Shown piece after piece: positions 47,844-56,672 of a DNA stretch of 64,000 nt. The position numbers and the translations under genes were made by a program. The stretch lies in the NCBI GenBank assembly GCA_041659045.1, contig JBAZZB010000001.1:518234-582233 (forward strand), in the 5' to 3' direction. Source of the stretch: Patescibacteria group bacterium. GTDB taxonomy: Bacteria; Patescibacteriota; Patescibacteriia; SG8-24; DYFX01. Position 1 is the stretch's first letter. Every line of letters begins with the position of its first letter. The notes under the pieces were generated by a model. The model was not told the DNA's origin, searched no databases, and worked only from the letters and a program-made list of their open reading frames with translations.

Positions 47844-50800
47844 CTAAAATACTATCTCCACCGCCAAGCCCCTCCGCTTTGAAAAGCGCGTTGGTTGAAG
47901 AAACGTTCGGAACTGTCCAAGCGTAAAACCCGCAGACGGACTTCCTGAAGACGTGACGACGTTATAGGCAGATCCTCCATCGGCGGAATACGACAAGCGA
48001 ATGTTGTGGATCTGTGTGCCTTGCGACGACCAGAAGACGTTATACGTTTCGTTGGCGTGCAGTTGCTCTCCCCCATTTGGACGACTCAACGCAATTGCGG
48101 GCGAAGGATTGGAGCCTGAACCGCCTGTCGATGGTGCCGTCGTCGTAATAGAAAAGTCGGCGTCAGAAGTATCGCTTGTCAAAACGGAATTGCCGCTATC
48201 AAGCGCCTCGACCTTGATACGAGCAAGCGACGTCGTTACGGAACTCACGGTCCAAGAATACGGGCTACCCGCGAGGTTGCTCGTCAAAACGGTCGGGAAC
48301 GTGGAGCCCGAGTCGGTGGAAAGCGAGACGCGGTAGTGATCAGCTGGCCCCGCGGACGTGAAGGTGACGGAATAGGGATCACCACCGGTGAGCGATTGGC
48401 CGCCGTTCGGAGCCGTTACCGCAACGATCGAAGTGGCAATAGAAAAGTCCGCGTTCGAGGTATCGCTCGCCAAGACGACGTTGCCACTATCGAGCGCTTC
48501 AACTTTAACGCGCGCCGTCGAGGTGTTGAGACTGTTCACCGTCCACGAATACGGACTGCCCGCCGTGCTGCTCGTGATACTTGTTGGAAACGTGGATCCA
48601 GAATCGGTCGAGAGCGAGATTCGATAATGATCGACGCTGCCTACGCCCGTGAACATGATTGAAGACGACGCGCCTCCAGTAAGGCTTTCGCCGCCGTTCG
48701 GCGACGTAACCGTCACGGTTGGAGGATTGTTGTAGCCATACACCGTTCCGGCGCTACCCGCGACCGCCGCACCCGTACCACCTTTCGCGCCGCCCGTGGC
48801 CGTGGAAGTTCCGGAGCCCGTGAGCGTCACGAAGTAGGCCGCGATGCGTCCACCACCACCGCCGCCGCCGCCGTTCGCAGTCGTGCCAGCACCCGTACCG
48901 CCATTGGCCGTGACGTTTGCGTTCAAAATAGCGTGGGTGACGTCATACCAAATCGAGCCGCCGGAGCCGCCGCCGCCAAGATCCGTGGTTCCAAGGCCGT
49001 TCGTACCGTTCGCCGAAAGCGTGCCATCTACAGTGAGCGTATCGGTCAAAACAATCTTGATCGCGCCGCCACCCGGCCCGCCTTCGGCAACCGCCGCACT
49101 CGTCGTATCGGTTCCACCCGCAGAACCGAGGTCGACAGGGGAAGTACTACTGCCGTACGTCGCACTGCCGCCTGCGGCGCCAGAAGACGAAGCGCCGCCC
49201 GCACCGCCATAGCCTCCGCCGCCGCCACCTGTCCCGTTATCCGTTCCTTGCGCGTATCCTTCGCTGCTGGAAAAACCTTTTCCAACAACACTCACGGAAC
49301 CGCCGGCTTGAATATCCAAACTCCCCGCCGAAATATTCAGCGAGGTGTGGTGTGCCGACGTGTTTGTCGCGCTGGTCACAAGGCCGCCAGAACGCACGGT
49401 AATCGTTCCAGACACCGTCAAACTTGTGGTCGATGAAGAGCTGACGTAGGAACCTCCAGCATCAACAACAAGCGAAGCGAGACCAGCCGTGAAGTTTGTG
49501 TTGCTCGATGTAAAAGATGCGTTCTTGATCGTCAGCGCGGTTGTCACGTCGAAAAGTCCAGAATGCACGACATTGAGACCATCGATGGTTTGCGTCGCAC
49601 GACCATTCAGCGTACCGCCGCTTTGAATCGTGAGTGATGGCATAACGGAACCTCCACCCAAGATCGTCGTGCCGCTCGCAAGCGTGAGCGAGGCGCCGGT
49701 AGGAATGCTGTAGTGCGCGCCGTTCTTGATCGTGATCGCATCAAAGGAAAGGCTGGACGCGGCTATTTGGGTTGTAAAAGCCGTGGATGCCTGGCTGCCG
49801 TTATCAACGACAAGGCTGCCATTTGTTTGCGCAGTCGACTTCGTGTAGACCGTGCCGGCGCCACCGACTTGTCCGCTATTCGCCTTCGCTCCACCTTGCG
49901 AAGTCTTCGTGATCGTCGAAGAATCCGTCGTGTAGTAGATAGCGATGCGGCCACCGCCGCCTCCGGCGCACGTACAGCTCGCATACGCGTTACCTCCATT
50001 GGCCGTGATCGTACCGTTACCAGAAAGCGTGTCGGCTTGCAGCCAGACCGAACCTCCGGCCGCGCCGCCACTGCTCACGGTCGCGCTCGTACCGTTCGCA
50101 CTCATCGTACCGGAATGAGACAGAGTTCCGGCTGTAACGATTCTCAACGCGCCGCCACCGTTGACCGTGGACCCCGTAGCGCCGGAACCAAGATCAGTCG
50201 GCTGTGTCACGGAACCATATGTACCGCCAGCGGTACCGCTGAAGGCAAGACCACCGTTACCGCCATAACCCGCGCCCGTCGATGTTGATCCACCACCAGG
50301 CGCGCCACTGCCGCTACTGGTACCATAACCCTTTCTACTGACATCAACCGATGCTCCTGAGGCAATCGTCACGGTTCCTGTTGCTGAAATATCGGCAATA
50401 TATGCGCGCGTCGCCGCGGTGTTCGTAGCATGCGTAATGACAGCGCCAGAGTTCGCTGTCAACGTGTTCAGATAGAAAACACCGAGGCCTCGCTGTTCGT
50501 ATTTGCTGCCGCTGCCAAACGTGAAATCTTCCGCACGTCCCGCTGTACCGCTCGAAAAGACAGCGCCTTCGGGATACGGAGCGTACATCGCGTTCACGAA
50601 CGTCGCAGTCGTCAACGTGCGCACATCGCCGTAGTGAACAAGGTTCAGCGCACTGAAGGCAAAGCTCGAACTCTGGAAGACGAACAAGCCGTCAACTGTG
50701 AGCGTGCCGGCCACCGTCCCGCCGCCGCCGGAAATCGATCCTGTAGAGGTCGCGTACGACAAATTCATTCCGGCGCTCACGCGGTAATTTCCTCCACCTT

Positions 50801-52814
50801 TCAGAACGATGGAATCGTAGACCTGCGGCCAAGCTGCCGATTGACTGCTTGCCGCGCCCGCGACGTTATTATTATCGAGCGTCAAATCGCCGAACGACTG
50901 GGCGTCGGATTTCATGTAGATCGTGCCGGCGCCGCCTTTTTCGTAGCCGCGGACGTTACTGCCGCGCGCTTGGCGCGTGAACGTCGGGGTTGTGCCTGCG
51001 TACTGCACGGCGATCATGCCACCGCCGCCGGAACCGGTGAGAGCCGAACTCGGAGCGCCACCATTCGCCGTAATTGTACCGCTACCGTTCACGGTACTGC
51101 CGGAAGCGTTGATCCAAACCGAGCCGCCCGCTCCACCAGCACCGTCCGTGCCGGTCGTAGGCACGTCACGAGCATCAGCACTGATTGTGCCGTCGACCAT
51201 GATCGTACCGCCTGAGTTCACGGAAAGCTTGATCGCTCCGCCGCCATACCCCGTTGGAGTGGCGCTCGTACCTGTTACATCTCCTCCACCCGAGCCGAGT
51301 TCAACTGGGCGTGTAACAGAGTCGTACGCGCGACCGCCGGTATATCCGGCATACGTCGGATCTCCAGATCCGCCGTCGCCGCCGTGCGCGCCGCCCCCAC
51401 CAATGCCGTCTGAACCCTTGCCCGGACCTTGCTTAGCCACGTATCCGCGTTCGGAGGCCGTAATGACGCCGCCGCTGCTCAGCGTGATCGTGCTCGTGGC
51501 GCTCACGTCAAAATGATGAAGCTTGCCACTTGCCGTCGTCGCGCTCGTGTTGGTCGCGTGCGTGATCGTACCACCGGAACTCACTGTCAGCGTATTCACG
51601 AACAATGTCGGAAGATTCTGGGTGACCAACCAACCGCCGGAACCGATCGTCAGGTCGTCGACACGATTACCCGCGCCGGAGGTGAACGTCGCCGTCGTCG
51701 TGTTCAGGGTGTACACGCCGTTTATAACCGTCACGTCCACCGTCGTTCCAATCGCACCTTCGTGCGTTACATTGATCCCGTTAAACGTGACCGCAGCCGT
51801 AGGACCGTTGAACGTGCCGTTGATAATCAAAACGGGTTGCGCACTACCGCCAGTTGTTATCGTGCCGGCTGCTGCGACGCTGAGCGTGTACCCTGCTGGA
51901 ATCACATACTCTGAACCCTTCCAAATCGTTACGTTGTCGTACGTCTGGCTCGCTGTTGTGACCTGCTGTGTATAGGCAACGTTAGACGATGTGTTGTTGT
52001 TATCAACGATCAAATCACCATTTGTCGCAGATGCCTGCTTGCGATAAATCGTACCGGCTCCGCCGTTTTCGCCTGTCACACCGTTCGTGCCGCCGTAGGC
52101 TTGAACGGGGCCTGTTGCCGAAAACGTCGTGTAGTAAAGAGCAACACGTCCACCACCACCGGAACCGGAAGACGTCACGTGGCTGTTTCCGCCATTTGCC
52201 GAAATCGTGCCGCCGCCCGTGATGGTCGCAGCATCAATCCAAATTGAACCACCCGCTCCACCGCCTGCCGAAGCAGAGCTGGCGGTATTTCCTCCAGCCG
52301 AAATGGTTCCGGCCACAACGACCGTGCCACCAGTCGCCACAAGCTTGATCGCGCCGCCTCCGGCCACGCCACCCAACGCACCGACACCATTTCCGCCACC
52401 GGAACCCAAGGTGACTGGAGCTGTCACTGAACCATAGGCCGTTCCGCCGAGCTGTCCCGTGGATGAGCTGCCGCCATTGCCGCCATGCCCACCACCAGCA
52501 AAACTTGCGCCAGCACCCGTACCAGCCGCCGCGCCGTATCCTTGACCCGTCGCCGTGAGGGTACCGTCGATGCGAAAATGATCAGCGTTGATAATGACTC
52601 CGGCACCACTACTGCTTTGTGCCGTCACCGTCACGCCGGGGTTCACCGTCAGCGTGCCGCCGAATGTATACGTACCGGCAGCGAATTCGCAGCTTACGGT
52701 CAAGACAACGTCCGTACCGCTTGAGGTGCACGCAGCCGCGTGCGCATGTTTCGGAAACGCGCTCGTGATTACGATCAGCGAAATCAAACCGATGACAAGC
52801 GGGCGCGTTTCCAT
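47844..52814 (-). CDS. N-terminal portion of giant surface protein B
   Basis: Signal peptide (AFPKHAHA|AAC). About six ~230-aa repeats with GGAI-type motifs (GGGAIKL, GGALRIV), suggesting a parallel beta-helix. Three Ig-like ~90-aa domains homologous to those of protein A. The frame ends 28 codons after the SPSAG position, where the paralog continues. Confidence 0.7.
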   Translation of the reverse strand: METRPLVIGLISLIVITSAFPKHAHAAACTSSGTDVVLTVSCEFAAGTYTFGGTLTVNPGVTVTAQSSSGAGVIINADHFRIDGTLTATGQGYGAAAGTGAGASFAGGGHGGNGGSSSTGQLGGTAYGSVTAPVTLGSGGGNGVGALGGVAGGGAIKLVATGGTVVVAGTISAGGNTASSASAGGGAGGSIWIDAATITGGGTISANGGNSHVTSSGSGGGGRVALYYTTFSATGPVQAYGGTNGVTGENGGAGTIYRKQASATNGDLIVDNNNTSSNVAYTQQVTTASQTYDNVTIWKGSEYVIPAGYTLSVAAAGTITTGGSAQPVLIINGTFNGPTAAVTFNGINVTHEGAIGTTVDVTVINGVYTLNTTTATFTSGAGNRVDDLTIGSGGWLVTQNLPTLFVNTLTVSSGGTITHATNTSATTASGKLHHFDVSATSTITLSSGGVITASERGYVAKQGPGKGSDGIGGGGAHGGDGGSGDPTYAGYTGGRAYDSVTRPVELGSGGGDVTGTSATPTGYGGGAIKLSVNSGGTIMVDGTISADARDVPTTGTDGAGGAGGSVWINASGSTVNGSGTITANGGAPSSALTGSGGGGMIAVQYAGTTPTFTRQARGSNVRGYEKGGAGTIYMKSDAQSFGDLTLDNNNVAGAASSQSAAWPQVYDSIVLKGGGNYRVSAGMNLSYATSTGSISGGGGTVAGTLTVDGLFVFQSSSFAFSALNLVHYGDVRTLTTATFVNAMYAPYPEGAVFSSGTAGRAEDFTFGSGSKYEQRGLGVFYLNTLTANSGAVITHATNTAATRAYIADISATGTVTIASGASVDVSRKGYGTSSGSGAPGGGSTSTGAGYGGNGGLAFSGTAGGTYGSVTQPTDLGSGATGSTVNGGGALRIVTAGTLSHSGTMSANGTSATVSSGGAAGGSVWLQADTLSGNGTITANGGNAYASCTCAGGGGGRIAIYYTTDSSTITKTSQGGAKANSGQVGGAGTVYTKSTAQTNGSLVVDNGSQASTAFTTQIAASSLSFDAITIKNGAHYSIPTGASLTLASGTTILGGGSVMPSLTIQSGGTLNGRATQTIDGLNVVHSGLFDVTTALTIKNASFTSSNTNFTAGLASLVVDAGGSYVSSSSTTSLTVSGTITVRSGGLVTSATNTSAHHTSLNISAGSLDIQAGGSVSVVGKGFSSSEGYAQGTDNGTGGGGGGYGGAGGASSSGAAGGSATYGSSTSPVDLGSAGGTDTTSAAVAEGGPGGGAIKIVLTDTLTVDGTLSANGTNGLGTTDLGGGGSGGSIWYDVTHAILNANVTANGGTGAGTTANGGGGGGGGRIAAYFVTLTGSGTSTATGGAKGGTGAAVAGSAGTVYGYNNPPTVTVTSPNGGESLTGGASSSIMFTGVGSVDHYRISLSTDSGSTFPTSITSSTAGSPYSWTVNSLNTSTARVKVEALDSGNVVLASDTSNADFSIATSIVAVTAPNGGQSLTGGDPYSVTFTSAGPADHYRVSLSTDSGSTFPTVLTSNLAGSPYSWTVSSVTTSLARIKVEALDSGNSVLTSDTSDADFSITTTAPSTGGSGSNPSPAIALSRPNGGEQLHANETYNVFWSSQGTQIHNIRLSYSADGGSAYNVVTSSGSPSAGFTLGQFRTFLQPTRFSKRRGLAVEIVF
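48080..48660 (-). repeat. Tandem ~270-nt DNA repeats encoding Ig-like domains
   Basis: Opposite-strand ORF translations at 48001-48336 and 48388-48627 are near-identical (...TVQEYGLPA.LLV..VGNVEPESVESE.R). A third copy lies in gene A at ~43200-43370. Confidence 0.6.
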
Positions 52815-52937
52815 TCTACGTACGGCTTTTTTAACTGAAGAAAAATAGCGCCGTGCCAGGCGTTTCAGAAGCCGAATTCGGTTGTTAACAAAAAGAGTGG
52901 ACAGAGAATTCCTTTGTAGAAAGTATACAACAAAAAA

Positions 52938-52966
52938 ACCCGCGGTTCAACGCGGATTTCTCGCCA
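52938..52966 (-). terminator. Rho-independent terminator after frr
   Basis: Minus strand: CCGCG-ttgaa-CCGCGGG followed by TTTTTTTG. Confidence 0.5.
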
Positions 52967-52975
52967 TGTGCAGCC

Positions 52976-53530
52976 TTAAATCGTCATGATTTCTTCCTCT
53001 TTTTCAGCGGCCATGTCGCGCACCTTGTCGTTCCAGAGTTTCACCGCTGCTTCGAGTGCTTCCTGAAGGCGGAAGCGATCGTCTTCAGAGATCTCTTTGG
53101 CCTTCTCCAAACGATTCAATTCATCCTTGATCGTTTCGCGCACGGCGCGCAAACCGATGTGAGCCTCTTCCGCTTTTTTACCGACGATCTTCGTCAGTTC
53201 GCGGCGGCTTTCTTCAGTAAGAGGCGGCAACGTGACGCGCACGCGTGTGCCGTCGACAACAGGGTTCACGCCGATCGGCGCCTGGCGAATCGCCTTTTCA
53301 ATATCCTTGGTGAGTGCTTTGTCCCACGGCTCGATCATGATCGTTTTCGCGTCGGGCACAAGCACAGAGGCGACGCCTTTGACGTTCATTGTTCCGCCGT
53401 AGGCCTCGACCAAAATATCTTCAACCAACGCGGCGTGCGCGCGGCCGGTACGAAGGCTGCTCAAGTCGGCTCTCAAAAATTCAAGCACGTGCTCAAACTC
53501 GGGTCTGTATTCATCAATCAGTGTTTTCAT
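52976..53530 (-). CDS. frr: Ribosome recycling factor
   Basis: Full-length RRF similarity, 184 aa. Confidence 0.9.
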   Translation of the reverse strand: MKTLIDEYRPEFEHVLEFLRADLSSLRTGRAHAALVEDILVEAYGGTMNVKGVASVLVPDAKTIMIEPWDKALTKDIEKAIRQAPIGVNPVVDGTRVRVTLPPLTEESRRELTKIVGKKAEEAHIGLRAVRETIKDELNRLEKAKEISEDDRFRLQEALEAAVKLWNDKVRDMAAEKEEEIMTI

Positions 53531-53540
53531 ACCATCAAGA

Positions 53541-54611
53541 TCAGAAGCCGGTGTTTTGTTTAAACAGGGTTGTTCCCATGAAGATCGTCGAATCGTTTGT
53601 CGGATCGATCAAGAGATTCGTCGCCGCGCGCGTTGTCGGAAGTTTGGACGTGGTCCATTTGCCGCCGCCGTCGACCGTGCGATAGAGCGTGTTGATCGTG
53701 CCGTACGCGATGAAGTTCGAATCTTTCGGGCTGACCGCCAACGAATAGATCACGGTTGAGCCGGTAGGCGTCAGAAGCGTAATCGGCTTCCAGGTCGCGC
53801 CGCCGTCGGTCGAGCGCAGAAGTCCGTAGTTCGAGGCCACAAGAACGCTGTTTCCGCGGGCCACGTCCTCGGCAATAATCACGTTATCGAGCGCGCCGGC
53901 ATACTCCCCCATTCCGGGACTCAAGTCAACCCAGGTCGCGCCGCCGTCGGTTGTTTTCCAGACTCCCTTGTTGCGGGTGCCGACATACATGACGCGGGAA
54001 TCTGACGCTGTCGCGAGGATCTGTCGCACCTCATTTTCAAAGCGGTGAATCGGTGTCCACGAACCACCAGCGTCGCCACTCTTCAAAAGATCGCCTTGGC
54101 TTGTGGCGGCGTAGATATTCATCGGGTTGAAACGATCGATCAAGACAGCATTCACTCTCGTTTCAGCGCGTGAATCAAAGTAGACGTTCTCCCACGTGCG
54201 AGAGCAATCCGTCGTGCGCATGACGCGGTTACCGGTTGAAACGTATACCGTGCACTTGTCGGCCTGGCTCACCGCCGCCGAAAGCACGCGCACTGCGCCG
54301 AGGCCGGGGGCACCCTGCCACGATTCGCCGGCGTCATAGGAATAGAACAAACCGCCTTCCGTGCCGGCGTAGATCGCTTTCTTGTCGGTCGGGTCAAAAG
54401 CCAGCGCCGTCACGTTCGCGTTCGCGAAGTTGCGCGCCTGGCCAACCGTGGCAATCGACGATTTCAAAACCCATTTTGAACCGCGATCCGTGGAACGAAA
54501 CACCCCTCCGTCCGTACCGGCGCTGCCGCCCGTACCGGTGATTTGGATGCAGCCCGCGCCAAGCAACAGCACGACGGACGCAGCGACGAGGAAACGTGAT
54601 GGCATTCTCAT
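53541..54611 (-). CDS. BNR/Asp-box repeat beta-propeller lipoprotein (Ycf48/sialidase-like)
   Basis: Lipoprotein signal LLLGAGC. Seven SxDxGxxW repeats (STDRGSKW, SYDAGESW, TTDCSRTW, SGDAGGSW, TTDGGATW, STDGGATW, TVDGGGKW). Confidence 0.75.
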   Translation of the reverse strand: MRMPSRFLVAASVVLLLGAGCIQITGTGGSAGTDGGVFRSTDRGSKWVLKSSIATVGQARNFANANVTALAFDPTDKKAIYAGTEGGLFYSYDAGESWQGAPGLGAVRVLSAAVSQADKCTVYVSTGNRVMRTTDCSRTWENVYFDSRAETRVNAVLIDRFNPMNIYAATSQGDLLKSGDAGGSWTPIHRFENEVRQILATASDSRVMYVGTRNKGVWKTTDGGATWVDLSPGMGEYAGALDNVIIAEDVARGNSVLVASNYGLLRSTDGGATWKPITLLTPTGSTVIYSLAVSPKDSNFIAYGTINTLYRTVDGGGKWTTSKLPTTRAATNLLIDPTNDSTIFMGTTLFKQNTGF

Positions 54612-55518
54612 AACAACGATCCAAAGTAAGAGCGAATTTTTCGAGTAAAAGTCTAGGTTGAACGTTTGCCGTCAAGGAGCCGCGCAATGCGATGATGCCG
54701 CGCAAGTTGGCAGCGGCATTCGGCTCCCCCGCCTTGAGTTCGCGACGCAATGCGCCCTGCCACACGTCTAAGACGTCACGCAGTCGCTCAATCGTTTCTT
54801 CACGATCGGCACGGGCGGGTGCCAAGGCCGCACATTCGGCCAACCGACGATGGAGCGGAGCGCCGCGAAGCGAGCGCCAGCGGCGCTCTTCCGTCTCATA
54901 CCAGTTTACCATATCATCCTGCTCCATGAAGCCGCGCGCGAGTCCCGGACGACCATCGGCTCGGGCGGCAAGTTTCGCAGCTTCAAACGAAGCGACGCCA
55001 AGCGCCTTCAATGCTTCAGTAACCGTCGCGTCGGGTACGCGATCAAGCCCGATCGAAGCGCAGCGACTCACGATCGTTTTCGGTAAACGCATTTTCTCTT
55101 CGACGGACAAGAGGACATACGCGCGCTTCGTCGGTTCTTCAAGCGTTTTCAAAAGCGCGTTCGCAGCTTCTTCACTCAAGTGCTCGGCGCCATCGATCAC
55201 GGCAACTTTTGCGCCGCCCAAAAAAGAACTCATCCGAAGATGCTGCTGAAGTTCGCGAATGCTTTCGATCGGGATCGCTTTCTTGAGCTTGTCAGTTTTT
55301 TCGTCACGCGGACGTTCAACAAGTCGAAAATCGGGGTGCGTCGAAGCCTTCTCGACACCAAGAAGCGCGGCCGCGAGCGCGGAGACCATCGTCATTTTTC
55401 CAACGTGACGCGCGCCGTGAAAAATGATGGCGTGCGGCACCGTCTCGTTTGCCACGATCGTGCGCAAGCGACGCACGACGCGTTCGTGGCCGATCAGGCC
55501 GGAAAAGGCGTCGGTCAT
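54394..55518 (-). CDS. holB: DNA polymerase III subunit delta'
   Basis: AAA+ clamp-loader fold; HAIIFHGARHVGKMT P-loop-like and SRC (SRCASIG) motifs. The 3' end is uncertain: the reading frame runs ~70 codons of low-quality sequence into the BNR gene. ATGA overlap with the upstream GT4 gene. Confidence 0.7.
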   Translation of the reverse strand: MTDAFSGLIGHERVVRRLRTIVANETVPHAIIFHGARHVGKMTMVSALAAALLGVEKASTHPDFRLVERPRDEKTDKLKKAIPIESIRELQQHLRMSSFLGGAKVAVIDGAEHLSEEAANALLKTLEEPTKRAYVLLSVEEKMRLPKTIVSRCASIGLDRVPDATVTEALKALGVASFEAAKLAARADGRPGLARGFMEQDDMVNWYETEERRWRSLRGAPLHRRLAECAALAPARADREETIERLRDVLDVWQGALRRELKAGEPNAAANLRGIIALRGSLTANVQPRLLLEKFALTLDRCYENAITFPRRCVRRAVAWRGLHPNHRYGRQRRYGRRGVSFHGSRFKMGFEIVDCHGWPGAQLRERERDGAGF

Positions 55519-56660
55519 AGCTGATGTTGAATACCAAGCACTTCGAGCAGCACATTCATGGTGCGGCGCGCGGTTTCGTCCCACGAGTAGCGCTTGGCGT
55601 TTTCAAAACCAAGGGCGCGTCGGCGCTCCCACTCGGACGATTCATCCATCAGAGTTTTCATGCAGCGCGCGATATCCTCTGGCTCGTCTGGACGCGCGTA
55701 CAACGCGGCGTCGCCCCCGACTTCCGGCATGGAGGCAGCGCGCGAAGCGATGACGGGCGTGCCGCACGCCTGCCCTTGCAGGATCGGCAAACCGAATCCT
55801 TCATACCACGAAGGCAGGAGCAGAATTTTCGCGGCGGCAACAAGCGTGGGCATATCGGCCTCCGGCACGTAGCCCGGCATGAGCACCGACGATTCGAGCT
55901 TGCGCGCGGCAATTTCTTTTTTGACGCGTTCAAAACCGAAGCCCGGCGTTCCCACGAGAAGCAGCTTTACCGGATCGCCAACGCCACGCACGCTTTTAAA
56001 AATAGAAAAGGCATGCACGAGATTGACGATGTTTTTCTTTTCTTCGATGCGTCCGGCGTAAATGAAGTACGGACGTGACAAACGATACTTCATCAGAACC
56101 GCGTCTTTTTCCTCGTCGGAAATATCAGGACGATAACGATTCGTGTCGACGGCGAGCGGGGTCGCGATCACGCGTTCAGGCGGGAGCTTGTACCGATCAA
56201 TAATTTCTTGGCGGGAAAATTCCGATACCGTCAGGATGCGGTTGGCACGGCTGACCGCAAGCTGTGCGGAGTATCGGTGATAGCGCAATTCAGCCGGACG
56301 ATACAGCTTTGGCAAGCGTTCGAACCCGATGTCGTGCAACGTCGTCACGACGCGTTTCGGCGTAAAGAGCGGCAGGGTGTGCGTCGGCTGAAAAAAAACG
56401 TCCACCGGATGACGCCAGAGCTCCCACGACAAACGGAACTGATTCCAAAAACGCTGCGTACGCCAATACAGAATCTTGCCGTTCCAACCCGAAGGAAACT
56501 GCTCAAGTCCGTCATGGAGGAACTTTTTCGAGTACAGCAAAAATTCCAGACCGGGTACCTGGGTCTTCTTCAGAGCTTGAATCAGCTCGTAGGAGTACCA
56601 TTCCGTACCGGTACGTTCATGCGCGTTTGCCCGTGAGGCGTCGATGCCGATGAGTGCCAT
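55515..56660 (-). CDS. GT4 family (GT-B) glycosyltransferase
   Basis: EGFGLPILQGQACGTPVIAS (EX7E-type) motif. Confidence 0.8.
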   Translation of the reverse strand: MALIGIDASRANAHERTGTEWYSYELIQALKKTQVPGLEFLLYSKKFLHDGLEQFPSGWNGKILYWRTQRFWNQFRLSWELWRHPVDVFFQPTHTLPLFTPKRVVTTLHDIGFERLPKLYRPAELRYHRYSAQLAVSRANRILTVSEFSRQEIIDRYKLPPERVIATPLAVDTNRYRPDISDEEKDAVLMKYRLSRPYFIYAGRIEEKKNIVNLVHAFSIFKSVRGVGDPVKLLLVGTPGFGFERVKKEIAARKLESSVLMPGYVPEADMPTLVAAAKILLLPSWYEGFGLPILQGQACGTPVIASRAASMPEVGGDAALYARPDEPEDIARCMKTLMDESSEWERRRALGFENAKRYSWDETARRTMNVLLEVLGIQHQL

Positions 56661-56672
56661 ACGGCCGCCAGC

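Noticed and set aside
43054-48660. Possible CRISPR or other non-coding repeat array suggested by the repeated ~270-nt units
   Set aside because: The repeats lie inside the giant surface-protein genes and encode Ig-like domains. They are not short direct repeats with unique spacers, and no cas genes are present.
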